Shown here: positions 50,529 to 63,855 of the stretch, piece by piece | How the letters are laid out: each line of letters opens with the position of its first letter | Position numbering within the stretch: position 1 is the stretch's first letter | Assembly: GCF_006345805.1 (NCBI RefSeq) | Contig: NC_042997.1 | Coordinates: forward strand, 88,474,001 to 88,538,000 | DNA length: 64,000 bases | Direction of reading: 5' to 3' | Origin: Octopus sinensis | Taxonomy: Eukaryota | Position numbers and translations under genes: made by a program | The notes under the pieces: generated by a model | Seen by the model: only the letters and a program-made list of their open reading frames with translations | Told to the model about the DNA's origin: nothing | The model's database searches: none

Positions 50529-51489
50529 TATATATATCTTGTTGCCAACTTCCTTTGTTTTGAAGCAAAATAATATTTCCCCATGGCTGGCCATGTTTTT
50601 GTGGGAGATTAGTAACAATAGCCACTGTATGACAGTGACGTCCATCTCTATTACAACTGTCACCACATGCCAAGACAAAGAGAATAAAGAGGCAGACACA
50701 ACCACATGTACCCCCACCACCACCACCACCACCACACACGTTTTTATGGCGGGACCATGTGTTCTATTGTGTTGTTACTTAAGTTTTTGACAACCAAATC
50801 CACTCACAAGGTTTTGTTAGCCTGGGTCTACAGTTGTAGACAATCAACCAAGTTGCCATGTAATGAAATTCAAATCAAAACCATTTGACTGTGAAGTAAA
50901 CTTAATGACATGCAATGACAGGCTTCAGCACACTTTCCCTCTACCAAATTATCTCACAAGGCTTTTGAAGACATTAGCACCAAAATCCGTCCAGTGTGTT
51001 TAAACCACATGCTTGTGAAATGATCTTTTGAATTGTGGCCATGCAGGCACTTTGGGCAAGTGTCTTCTACTATACTCCGGGCGGCTGACCAAAGTCACAC
51101 TGTCTGATGATAGCTTAGTTGACTGAAACTTCGAAGTCCCTGTCAATACTATTCTTCTTACAGAATGATAAATTTGTACTCAGCCAGAGGTATTAAGTAT
51201 TCTTTCAAATTAACGTATAATTGGTTTTATTATAACATAAAAATAAACATTAATATATATATATGTATGCATATACATATATGAATATGTATGTATATGT
51301 ATCAAAAAGGATGTGTTATAATACTATTCCACATATACAAAAACAGCCAAAGCAACAATCCAACATACCACCATCATCAGTTACATGTATGTATATGTGC
51401 GTATGTATGTATATGCATGTATATGTATATATATATGTATGTCTATGTATGTATATGAATTATATGTATGTATGTATATGTATATCCGA

Positions 51490-51767
51490 ATGTGGCCAAT
51501 GCCAGTGCTGCCTTGATTGGCTTCTGTGCTGGTGGCATGTAAAAAGCACCATCCAATTGTGGTTGATGCCAGCTCCTCTAGCCCTTGTGCCAGTGGAACG
51601 TAAAAAGTACCCACTACACTCTCGGAGTGGTTGGTGTTAGGAAGGGCATCCAGCTGTAGAAATACTGCCAGATCAGATTGGGGCTTGGTGCAGCCTCCTG
51701 GCTTCCCAGACCCCAGTCAAACCATCTAAGCCATGCCAGCATGGAAAACGGACATTAAACGATGATG

Positions 51768-51768
<1 letters not shown>
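51490..51768 (+). mobile_element. Family C repeat
   Basis: gtggcatgtaaaaagcacc..gtgttaggaagggcatccagctgtagaaa..cggacattaaacgatgatgat. Confidence 0.85.
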
Positions 51769-51800
<32 letters not shown>

Positions 51801-52150
51801 TGTATATATATCTGTATGTATGTATGTATATATATCTGTATGTATGTATGTATATATATCTGTATGTATGTATATATATCTGTATGTATGTATATATATC
51901 TGTATGTATGTATATATATCTATATGTATGTATGTATGTATATATGTGTATGTATATATGTGTATGTATGTATGTATATATATATTTGTGTGTATGTATG
52001 TATATATATATTTGTGTGTATGTATGTATATATATATTTGTGTGTATATATGTATGTATATATATATATATATATGTGTATATATGTATGTATATATATA
52101 TATATATGTGTATATACATATGTATATATATATATTTATGTATGTATATA
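51769..52150. repeat. Compound (TATG)n/(TA)n microsatellite
   Basis: Pure TA/TATG array with a recurring tatatatctgtatgtatg subunit. Confidence 0.95.
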
Positions 52151-53264
52151 ATATAATCTATTGTATCTGGGAGGAGTCATTTTCATTTTGTGACTTATAA
52201 TTTAACATGCTCACCGGTAAAATTTCCACTTATTACTTATTTTTATTTTCCTAAAATTTTTGTTGTGTCTTTCAACATTTTCAGTAGTCTTGAAAATAAG
52301 AAATGCGTGGGATTTTACCGGTGAGTGTGTTAAATTATAAGCACAAAAAGAAAAGGACTCTCCTCAGACACAACAGAATATGCTTCAACACACGAACTCA
52401 CATAAAGAATCTTGCAAAACAAATCCATAAACAAAATATATCGATAATATATATCTGCATATATATATACATACGTATATGTACATACTTACATCTGTAC
52501 ATATATGTATATGTGGGAACAGGACGTGCAACAAAAAATATGAAGTACAAGTACATGGAATATGAACTATTTTTTCAAACAATGAAAGACACAAATGGAA
52601 AACAAAACAAACAATGCAAAAGCATTGTTTTTCTAGTTTCATATTTCGAGTATTTAACAAGATTCCCCGGAACACAAATTGGATAAAATTTGAGATTTTG
52701 CAGAGGTTCAAAATTGATAACACAAACAGGACAGTAAAAACAAAGAGGAAGCCTAAACGCGTAAATCAAGCTTGGACAGGAGACAGGCAAGAACACATCT
52801 TCCTTGAACCAGCTACAACGGAGAGAAAGAAACAGAAGTTAGGAGAAAAAAGATGGCCAATGGTCAGGTTGGAGCCACATGAGCAAGAGAGGAAGAGTGA
52901 GGGAGAGAGAATAACAGACAGAGAACTGTAAAGGGGAAAGAAAAAATTAGAGATTGGATAAGTGAGAAAAACACAGGAGAGGAGAAAGGAAGAGAGGAAA
53001 AAAAACGAAAGAGTAATAGGATAGAATAATGGGAGAAGAGGAGGTAAAAGAATAAGACAAAGAGAGAAAAACGGAAAAGGTAAAAAGATAGTAGAGTGCG
53101 CATCAGAATTATTAAGATAAAACTTACTTGGAAGAGGATGCATGATGTTGAATCATATAATATGTATATATATGTACATACTTACATCTATACATATGCA
53201 TATATATGCATATGTGGTCACAGGACGTCACAAAACGTGTACAACAAGAAATATGAAGTACGAG

Positions 53265-53490
53265 TACTCTCTTTTTACTCTTTTACTTGTTTCAGTCATT
53301 TGACTGTGGCCATGCTGGAGCACCGCCTTTAGTCAAGCAAATCGACCTCAGGACTTATTCTTTGTAAGCCTAGTACTTATTCTATCAGTCTCTTTTTGCC
53401 AAACCGCTAAGTTACAGGGACGTAAACACACCAGCATCAGTTGTCTAGTGATATTGGAGGAGGGGGGGGCAAACACAGACATACAAACAT

Positions 53491-53553
<63 letters not shown>

Positions 53554-53712
53554 TATGACAGCCTTATTTCAGTTTCCGTCTACCAAATCCACTCACAAGG
53601 CTTGGTCAGCCCTAGGCTACAGTAGAAGACACTTGCCCAAGGTGCCACGCAGTGGGACTGAATCTGGAACCATGTGGTTGGTAAGCAAGCTACTTACCAC
53701 ACAGCCACTCCT
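53265..53712 (-). mobile_element. tRNA-derived SINE, family B
   Basis: Collinear with 45916-46291, with a longer internal (TA)n. It interrupts the second copy of a local repeat (52500-52620 vs 53210-53780). Confidence 0.9.
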
Positions 53713-54489
53713 ACACCTACATGCAATATGAACTATTTTTCAAGCAACAAAAACACAAATGTAAAACAAGACAAGCAACACAAAAAACGACCTTTCATCA
53801 GTTGTTGGTTGTTTTTCTACTCTCGTATTTTGACCCTTTGTCAAATCCCAAATTTTATTTAATTCGCTTGTGGGAGCAACTATTTTATTGAAAGCATATC
53901 TTCTTGTTACACTACTTCTTGTTCCTACACCTACCTTCGTCTTAAGCTTTTTTTTTTTTTTGTAAATTTGAACTATATATAGATATATTTCAATAATAAT
54001 ACACCTGCTTGTTCTTACACCTGTCTTCGTCTTTTGTTTTCAGTAAATCTGCATAATATATATATACAGGGATGGTGGACAGGGATATTGCTATATATAC
54101 CATGGGCTTTTTCAGTTTCCATCTACCACACTAAGATTTTGTTTGACCTGGGGCTAAAGTAGAAAACACTTGTCCAAGTGATTGAACACACACACATATA
54201 TGTATATACATGTGTGTATATATATATATGTACCAGAGTAAGCACATAAATGTGAAACAAGGTGGAAAGAAAGAGTACTCAAATACCAGAGGTAGAGTAA
54301 TATGCTTTATTTAAAAGCAGCAGAAATATGACAAAAGTTGTTACTCAGAGTTTCACGTTTCTCTTCATTGGACAGTTTTGTTAAAGAAAAAAAAAACGCA
54401 TCGTCCACGTTCAGATATAAATATACATAGTCTATATATATATTTATATATAATGTATATACATTATATATACACATCGGATATATGTA

Positions 54490-54495
54490 TAGATA

Positions 54496-54542
<47 letters not shown>

Positions 54543-54687
54543 TATATATATATAGGTATATATATATAGGTATATATATATAGGTATATATATATAGGTA
54601 TATATATATATATATATAGGTATATATATATAGGTATATATATATATATATAGGTATATATATATATATAGGTATATATATATATAT

Positions 54688-54730
<43 letters not shown>

Positions 54731-54785
54731 TATATATATATATATATAGGTATATATATATATATATAGGTATATATATATATAT

Positions 54786-54824
<39 letters not shown>

Positions 54825-55145
54825 TATATATATATATATATATATATAGATATAGGTATATATATATATATATATATATATAGATATAGGTATATATATA
54901 TATAGATATAGGTATATATATATATAGATATAGGTATATATATATATAGATATAGGTATATATATATATAGATATAGGTATATATATATATAGATATAGG
55001 TATATATATATATATATATATAGGTATATATATATATATAGGTATATATATATATATATAGATATATATATATAGGTATACATATGTTTATATGTATGTA
55101 TACATGTATTTATTATATATAGGTATATATATATATATTATATAT

Positions 55146-55186
<41 letters not shown>

Positions 55187-55500
55187 TATACATATGTTTA
55201 TATGTATGTATACATGTATTTATTATATATAGGTATATATATATATATTTATATATAGGTATATATATATATATATATATATATAGGTATACATATGTTT
55301 ATATGTATGTGTACATGTATTTATTATATATAGGTATATATATATATATTTATATATAGGTATATATATATATATTTATATATAGGTATACATGTATTTA
55401 TTATATATAGGTATACATGTATTTATTATATATAGGTATATATATATTTATATATATGTATATATATATATATATTTACATATATGTGTATATACATGTA
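54490..55500. repeat. ~1-kb (TA)n array punctuated by GG/GA, with a higher-order ~60-110-bp block near the right end
   Basis: ggtatatata units. The block ggtatacatatgtttatatgtatg.tacatgtatttattatatata occurs three times from about 55076. Confidence 0.95.
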
Positions 55501-56394
55501 TATATATACATATATATATATTTATCATAGTAATGGTTGTGGTTGTGTTGGCCAAGGTCGATGTTTGTGCAAAAGTGTAGGGAATAGATTATTGGTGGTG
55601 GTGGTGGCATTAGGGTTAGAAGGTTGGGCTGGAGGTGTTTTTTTCTCTTTGAGCTCAGAGGTTGTAGAGCCAACAGCACATGGAGGTGGCAGTGGCGATG
55701 ATGGCGAGGCATCTATTTTATCTCCTCCCGGGCACTCCCCTCCTCCACCTATCTTTGTTACCCCTGTCCTTCGGGAGTGGAGTAAGATTCGGGGGGGGGG
55801 GAGCTGGGTATTTTGGAACATGGCTGATAAAACAAGCTTCCCTGTTACGCTCTCAATTCACTTGTTTTTCATCCCATTCCAGCACCCTTGTATCAAACTA
55901 AAATCTTATCCTCACCCTTCACATAAATATTTGTACTGATAAATCAGTAAAGCTTTGGAGAAAATACCTTGTGGTGTTTAGTTCATGTTATACCTCTTTG
56001 TGTGTTTGTGTTTTGTATTTTAATCCAGAACCACCAACATCACTCTACCTTTTATTCCTATCCATCTGTAGATTTGACTGACTAATGAATTAAAAGCAAA
56101 GGAAAATTACCACAAGGAGTTTTAGGGGTCTGTGTAATCAATAATCAATTGGTGTCCCTGTTCTATTTAAAAGCCCTCAGGTCCTTCCTCCTTTGCTCCT
56201 ATATTAGAAATCAAATTCCAGCTCTGTCAAAGTAAACTTTATCTTACCTTTATCCTTTCTGCAGCGGCCGATGAAATACTGTAGCTGTCAATTTCTGTGA
56301 CAGGGTTTATATATTAAGTACTAAGATGGGGTCTGTATGCATATATATACAGACACTCACATATATATGTATATTAATATACATATATATGTGA

Positions 56395-56425
<31 letters not shown>

Positions 56426-56500
56426 CGCACACATGTATTAATAATATACATACATATATGTATACATATATGTATATATATACGCACACATGTATTAATA

Positions 56501-56542
<42 letters not shown>

Positions 56543-56999
56543 CTAATACATCTGTTTGTTGTTTACATACCTATCTCCATCTTTTGTTTTTTTGTAAATT
56601 CTCACCATGTGTTTACGTCCCCGCAACTTAGCGGTTCGTAAAAAGAGGCCAATAGAATAAGCACTAGGCTTACAAAGAATAAGTGCTGAGGTCTATTTGT
56701 GTATGCATATGTGTATGTGTGTCTGTGTGCATGGGGTTGTGTGGGATAGGTATCTTTGCATTCCTATGTGTGTGTGTGTACATGCATGTGTGTGCGTTCG
56801 TGGGTGTATGTATGCGTGTGTATGTGTGTGTGTATATGTGCATGTATGTGTGTTGTATGAGTGTGGTGTGTGTGGGAAGTATATGTACGTTCATGTGTGT
56901 GCTCAGGTGTGTGTGTATGTGTGCGTGTATATAGAAATGAAAACAATAAAATATAAAAATTAAGGTTGAAAGGAGATAAGGAAGTTAATGCAATATAAA

Positions 57000-57860
57000 T
57001 GGCACAATTACAAGCAAAACTGGAAAGTGAAATAAGGTTGCTTTGTTGTAGGAGGTGTAGAGGCAGTCAATAGGAGGAGGGGGTTGTGTTTAGTCCAAAG
57101 GGGATAGTTGTTCGTAGATTAAAGATATACTGTTGTTCCAGGCGGAGTCGTGAGTGTGTAGATCTGTGGTGCAGAGCGAGGCCAAAGATGGAGATGTTAG
57201 GTGTTAACTCCTTTCCTTTCTGTCTGTTCGCAGTATGGCATATTTTGGCACATGTACTTCTGCATCCTCTATATCAGGGCTGAGGTGAGTTTCCATGAGT
57301 ACTATGCATTGGGCTTGATTGCATGCAGCAAGGTCTCTCAGGAAAGAAATTTTGCTTTTATTATGATGCAACAGGTTCCCAATATTTAGTAAAAATATTG
57401 GCGTGACGACTGTCTGGCGTTAGAGGATGCCATCCCATGTCTGTTGACTGTGGTGGTCTTGCATAGTGGTGGGCAAAGTTCCTCATTTGTGCTTGGTGTA
57501 GACAGGTCAGCTGCTGCATTGTGCATAACCTCTGCAAAGTGCACTTCTTTTGTAAATTTTTTTCCTTGGAGACATTTGTTGTCTTTCCTCAGGGAAGTTT
57601 TTCTCCTTAAGGCCCCTGTATTTTTGGAAGGGTGTTGGGTGGGCAAACCGGTAGTTTTTGCCATCTTCCTCACATTTATATATACAGTAAAGTTTATATG
57701 GCAACAGAATGTGGGAGTCCTATAAAGGACTGTTATTGTTGTTTTTGTTGCAGGAATACATCTTTTCTATCTGGCCATCGACACTTAGTCTTTGACTGTA
57801 AAGCATTTGCAAGGGAGGTCATCATTCTCATCGCTAGTCTTACGTGATACTAACTTCTGA
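57000..57860 (-). mobile_element. Decayed CR1/L2-group LINE: ORF1 end plus APE endonuclease N-terminus
   Basis: The minus strand gives QCIVLMETHLSPDIEDAEVHVPKYAILRTDRKERS (ETxL..I.D.E....Y...R.DR motif), with a Cys/His-rich FAHP segment upstream. Confidence 0.65.
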
Positions 57861-57884
57861 GTGGTTACCCATCCTCAGTGTGAG

Positions 57885-58900
57885 AAAACCATCATCATTT
57901 AATCTGTTATCCATGCTGGCATGGGTTGGAAGGTTTGCAAGCTTGAAGGCTGCACCAGACTCTAGTTTTATTCAGCATGGTTTCTATGGCTGGATTCCCT
58001 TCCTAATGCCATTTGCATGACACCAGTATATTCCATGACTATGATTTTACTTTACTTGATGGGTCTTCTTCTCAAGAATGGCATAATGTCAAAGGTCTCA
58101 GTGATTCCTCATTGCTGCTCTGAGACCCAACATTCAAAAGGTGGTTTTCACGTGCCACCGGCATCAACCATCTTGATTCTTTGAGGTCCAATGCTTGAAG
58201 GGTACTTTTTATGTACCACTGGCATGGGTACCAGTTATGTGGAATCAGCATCAGTCACGACTACAATTTCACTTGGATTGATAGGTCTCATTAAGCACAG
58301 CATATTGCTAGAGGTCTCGGTCACTAGCCATTGCCTCTGTGAGGCCCAAAGTTCAAAGGTCATGCCTCACCACCTCATCCCATGTCTTCCTGGGTCTACT
58401 CCTATCAGGTTCCATCCACAGTTAGAGATCAGCACTTCTATACACAACTGTCTTCGTCCATACACATCACATGATGATACCAGCACAGTCGTCTTTCTTA
58501 TTCCCACAGTTATGGTCTTGGATCATCCACCTTCACTACTAACTTGGTCACTTAGATAAGGGAAGCTATCTACTACCTTTAGCTTACCATCCTGGCAGTT
58601 GATGGAGTCTATTTTCTGAACATTTACAGTGTTTATTCTACCTGTGCATCTTCCACACACAAAAGCTATTTTCCCTGTTAACCTTCTGCTATTGCTGCAC
58701 CCCTTATGTGTCCACCGGGTATATCTTATGGAGTTTCTACCAATGCCTTTTCTACAGATTGATCAGGGCTGTCTAACTGAAGGGATTTGTGATTTGCTTG
58801 AGTTATTGACTAAGTTATTGCCAAGTCTTCACATTTTTAGTTGTGACCCAATGCTTATCTTTTACATAATGAATTTGCCTACCATTATACTATTCTACTT
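57885..58900 (-). mobile_element. RTE LINE 3' third: RT C-terminus continuous with a family C 3' UTR
   Basis: Minus-strand remnants CQDGKLKVVDSFPYLSDQVSSEGG and a decayed RRL.WY.HV.RMDED block run directly into the family C sequence ending in the (GAT)n tail at about 57890. Confidence 0.65.
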
Positions 58901-59238
58901 TGCATAAAACTTTAGCTATATTGGTACTTCTGGCTCTCATTCCTTAAGTATTCTAGTTTGTCAATATTTTAACAAAGTGATGGTACCTTTTTAATTATAA
59001 TGTTACTTTGTAAATAAAAATCAAATAATTTTTAATATTCAAATTTTATCCTTAGCTGCAATATTTTAAGTAAAAATCTTCTTGTTCTCTACTTTACTAG
59101 ATGTAATAAATTGTCCTGAATTTTTCCAAGTGTAATAACTTGTCCTGTAATTTTCCAGGTTTATAATCTTAAGAATATTATTTCTCTTGCTTGCATTTTT
59201 CCATGTAATGTTTTTATGCACACACATTATCTATTATA

Positions 59239-59762
59239 CTAGGTTGATAGAAAAGTTTGTGTGCTGTGTTAAAATAATGAATTTTTATGCAAGAATTTAT
59301 TGAAAACCAACAACAACTATTCTTCCAAATAAAGACCATCATTTTCCACGACCTTCTGCCAATGATCTGCAAGCTTTCGGATTTGGTCAAAGTACCAGTC
59401 CTTCGGCTTTGAATCGAAAAATTCTTGACGGACTTCTTCAACTTCATCAAATGACTCAAATCGGCAACCTTTTATAAAGTGCTGCATTGATCGAAAGAGA
59501 CTGTAGTCAGATGGAGCAACATCTGGACTATAGGCTGGATGTGGTAAAATTTCTGCACCATCCAATTCTTCAGTCTTGTTGCTAGTCTTTCTGGCAGTAT
59601 GTCGCTTTGCATTATCTTGTTGAAAAAAAGTGCATTTTCGACAAACAAGTCTTCGGTACTTTTCAACAATGAGTCAGCATTGAACATGACATGAAATGAA
59701 TCAACACACATATAAAAAAAGCAATATTTTAACACGACGCATGAACTTTTTCCTCAACCTAA
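59239..59762 (-). mobile_element. Internally deleted mariner (Mos1-like) element, 524 bp
   Basis: TA flanks; TIRs ctaggttgatagaaaagttt / aactttttcctcaacctaa; LPHPAYSPDVAPSDYSLFRSMQH..WQKVVENDGLYLEE. Confidence 0.88.
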
Positions 59763-60976
59763 TATGACCAAAAGTGTACTGAAAATCATGTTAATCCTTT
59801 GCAGCAGAAATCTGATACATCTACTCAAAATTTCAATACTCTTATCTGAAGAAAGCAGTTTTATGTACCAATTTATCTTTGTTGAAGAATGTCATGTTGA
59901 AAACTATTTTTTGTTGAGATATGTCAAGTTTACCAAGGAAAAAACCAATTCTATTTTTTGGTATTTATTAACATCATTACTGAAATAATCATGAAATTTA
60001 ATTTTATGTGTAAAGATTTAAACAAAAGGGTTGTAATTAAGTTATTTTAGTCAGAACATTTTATTGCTCCAGTATCATTACTTTATCATTAAAATTTTAA
60101 AATACACATGTAGACAAACAAATTTTGAATTTTAGCATTATAAAGATTAACCTTTTAGCTTAGAGTGACATTGTAGGTTAGGTGTGAGAGGCCAGATTTA
60201 GGGTTTAAACATCAGACAAAAAGAATATTTGGGCCAGATATGGTCTTTTTAAATGCTAAAGGGTTAAGTTCTTTAACTCGGGCCTTTTTGATTACCTTAC
60301 CTCTCTACATTTCAGTGACCATATTATGTCTCCACCCTGCCTCCCACCTAAATTCCAGTCTACTCTAATGCCTACTTCCAGTTTTCTCCTCAGATTATTG
60401 CTATCCCTGCACATATTTTCTGTAGTCATTGACTCACAACATTTTAAGCAGAATGTTAAAGGCATCAATTTTATTAGTCTCAGACCTAACAAATAAAAAA
60501 TACACTGTTTAATCCACTAAACCATCTTATCTTTTCATATACATACTATTTTAACACTTATTAATTTTACATATACATGAAAAATTTTGTACATTTGAAT
60601 GTATATTCAACAATCATGTTTCAAGGTTATTACAGATGTAATTGATCAACCTCACAATTGAGCCTCCGTGTGGTCATTTGACTTGCTAGATATAGCAAAT
60701 AGATCTTCCTCAAATCAAACTCTATTGTCTTATGAAAAGATGTAGGATAGTGTGTCACTAGGTTCCTTGCACAATAGAAAAAAGCAGGATGGTCATGGGT
60801 GAAATGCCTTTGATAACAGGTCTGCCCATTTACAGCTTATGTAGGGCTAAATAGCAACAACAAACAAATCCACTCCTCTTACCCACCTACTCCCTCACTA
60901 TCATATACCTATCAAAGGATCCTTAGTACCTTTAGCATGTGGACTACCTGACCATTTGCACTTTAGCATGCAGTCT

Positions 60977-61014
60977 AAACCTAACCTTAATCCTAAACAC
61001 TAACCCTAACCCCT
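60977..61014 (-). repeat. Short degenerate (CCCTAA)n tract
   Basis: aaacctaaccttaatcctaaacactaaccctaacccct. Confidence 0.5.
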
Positions 61015-61416
61015 ATGCGATTAAATTAGCCTGTTGATTGCTGATCATATAATTATCAAGTGCTATCTATATTTTATCATCAAAAGATTGAATGCAAAAT
61101 GAAAATGAATAAAGGAGAAGAGATAGCTGATAAAATTGATTAAACTAATTTTAGTATAATTAAAATAGTTTTTCTATAGAAACTTCCACTTAATAGATTA
61201 AAATATTTTCTCTGTAATACATAACTGTAGCCTAATTGACTACACAATTCATGTATAGTTTGATTGCAATGTCAACCACAAATTATACTATTTATTTAGT
61301 CTGGGTTTTTGTTGATGAAAATTTGTCATTTAGTAGCATGATTATAATTTTGGTATGTATTTAATGATTCTCATGGTGATGGTGCAATTTCTGTAACAGT
61401 AGAAATAATAGAAGAG

Positions 61417-62177
61417 CTACATAAAAAGCACTGGTGCTGGTGCAACGTAAAAAGCTCTGGTGCTGGTGCAACGTAAAAAGCTCTGGTGCTGGTGCCACAT
61501 AAAATGTACTGGTGCTGGTGCCACATAAAAAGCACTGATGCCGGTATCATGTAAAAAGCACTGGTGCTACTACCACATAAAAAGCTGGTGCTGCTGCCAT
61601 GTAAAAAGCACTGGTGCTACATAAAAAGCACTGGTGCTGGTGCCACATAAAAAATATTGGTGCCATGTAAAAAGCACTTGTGCTAGTGGCATATAAAAAG
61701 CACTGGTATGTGCCATGTAAAAAGCACTGTTGCTGCTGTCATGTAAAAAGTACTGGTGCCACGTAAAAAGCACTGGTGCTGCTGCCACGTAAAAAGCACT
61801 GGTGCTGCTGCCATGTAAAAAGCACTGTTGCTGCTGTCATGTAAAAAGTACTGGTGCCACATAAAAAGCACTGTTGCTGCTGTCATGTAAAAAGCACTGT
61901 TGCTGCTGTCATGTAAAAAGTACTGGTGCCACGTAAAAAGCACTGGTGCTGCTGCCATGTAAAAAGTACTGGTGCCATGTAAAAAGCACTGTTGCTGCTG
62001 TCATGTAAAAAGTACTGGTGCCACATAAAAAGCACTGTTGCTGCTGTCATCTAAAAAGTACTGGTGCCATGTAAAAAGCACTGTTGCTGCTGTCATGTAA
62101 AAAGTACTGGTGCCACGTAAAAAGCACTGTTGCTGCTGCCATGTAAAAAGCATGGGTGCTGGTGCCACATAAAAGCA
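61417..62177 (+). repeat. Minisatellite of about 32 units of 19-30 bp (core cayrtaaaaagyactg)
   Basis: About 32 taaaaag cores counted by eye. The array runs directly into a family C 3' end (62160-62330). Confidence 0.95.
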
Positions 62178-62330
62178 CCCAGTACACTCTGTTGGCATTA
62201 GGAAGAACATACAGCTGTAGAAACCATGCTAGAACCGACAATGGAGCCTGGTGTGACCCCTAGCCTTACTAGCTTCAGTGAAACTGTCCAAACCATGCCA
62301 ACATGGAAAATGGATATTAAATGATGATGT
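62160..62330 (+). mobile_element. Family C 3' end
   Basis: gccacataaaagcacccagtacac..ggcattaggaagaacatacagctgtagaaacc..atggatattaaatgatgatg. Confidence 0.85.
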
Positions 62331-63855
62331 TACATGTGATTATAATTGTGGTTAATGTATTGTAAGTTTGTGTCAATCTCAAGTCAGCTGAACAGATGTC
62401 TGATTAAAAGCTTGTTGCATTTTTTTAAGCAATAGTGTGATTTAAGATAGATTTGGTTTCTATTTCTTGCAAGCAGCATAGAGGTTTTCTTGTTGTCTGG
62501 TGGTAGTAATGGTGATGATGATGATGATGGTGGGGTCGTTTTTATCATAAAACTTAAAATGGTGACAGCAACATTTATTTTTAACTGATACCTCCCATCT
62601 ACTGTCTTCAGATAATATTCTGTCTTCCAGGAAATCTGTCTAACAGAGTCAGTTCAATGTTCCCCTCTCACATTCACTCTTACCATTGCATACCCCCCTC
62701 CTTCCATTGAAATAACATGCTTTTTGCAGCACCAGATTGTTATACTTTTAACACTTTAGTCTCAGACCCACATCGTTTGCTGCAAAAGATATATGTATGT
62801 GTGTGTGCTTGTGTAAAGATATATATATATATATGTGTGTGTGTGTGTATATATATATATATGCATAATTTTTTTTAAATGATAATAATAATAACAACAA
62901 CTATAGCGTAGGTAAGAAAATGGTGTTATGTAAACAGCTCTGAACAATTCTTTAAAAAAGTGCATATGGAGAAATGGTAAAAGGATTATATGTACACTTT
63001 TTATATTTTATATTACTTTTCACTATTACTTAACATTATTTACTGAAATGTTATTGTATAGTTTTAATACTATATTTTGTATTCTATATTACTTTTTTTT
63101 TCACTTAAGATTATGTCAGTGAGTGACATCAATAGTGGAATGCCAGACAAAATGTCTTGCTGTATTTAGTTACAATCTTATGTGTTCTTCCTTCAAATCT
63201 CACTATGGTCAGCTTGACCTTTCATTCTGCTGATGTTGATAAAAATAAGTATCACTAATAAACTTAACTGTGTGTGAATTCTATAAATTATGCTTCCCCA
63301 CTTCATGCATCTGTAGTTGTTCTTACTTTGATGCACCAAGTACCATTGACCTTGAGGTTAGCTCAGTGGTTCTCAATATTTTTGACTTCATGGCACACTG
63401 TAGATCATCATTTTTGTTGTTGTTGTTATCTTATTTATCTATTTATTTTTTTGCCTTGCTGGTATGGGCTGGACAAAACTTCTTGACACACTCTTTTATG
63501 GCTGGGAACCCCAAGGTACTTGCATGTTGAACTGCCAACCTGAACAACATTGTTTATGCACACACACACATATACACATACACACAAATAGATATATATA
63601 CCATCATTCTTTGTAGAACACTGCATTCAAATCTGCTTTCAATAATATCTCAGTGTATTTCAGCCAAAATTGAAGTTCTTTTATATGTATCATTAATTTT
63701 ATCTTGTTGATTAGAGACTTGTCACACTGAAATTAACTTATCAATAAGTAATTATAATAGAATAAAACAACCTAATTAACATACTCTGTTGTTTTTTTTT
63801 GGTTTTTTTTGGATTAATTTATATTTGCTGAAATTCTCTTTTTCTTCTCTTCTAG

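Noticed and set aside
51263-55083. Long ORFs rich in Y/I/M/C/V/H (e.g. 51673-52119, 51762-52200, 54307-55083)
   Set aside because: These are translations of TA/TATG/CA microsatellites and have no coding signal.
61417-62177. CRISPR-like array
   Set aside because: The units are contiguous tandem variants with no unique spacers, there are no cas genes, and the context is eukaryotic.
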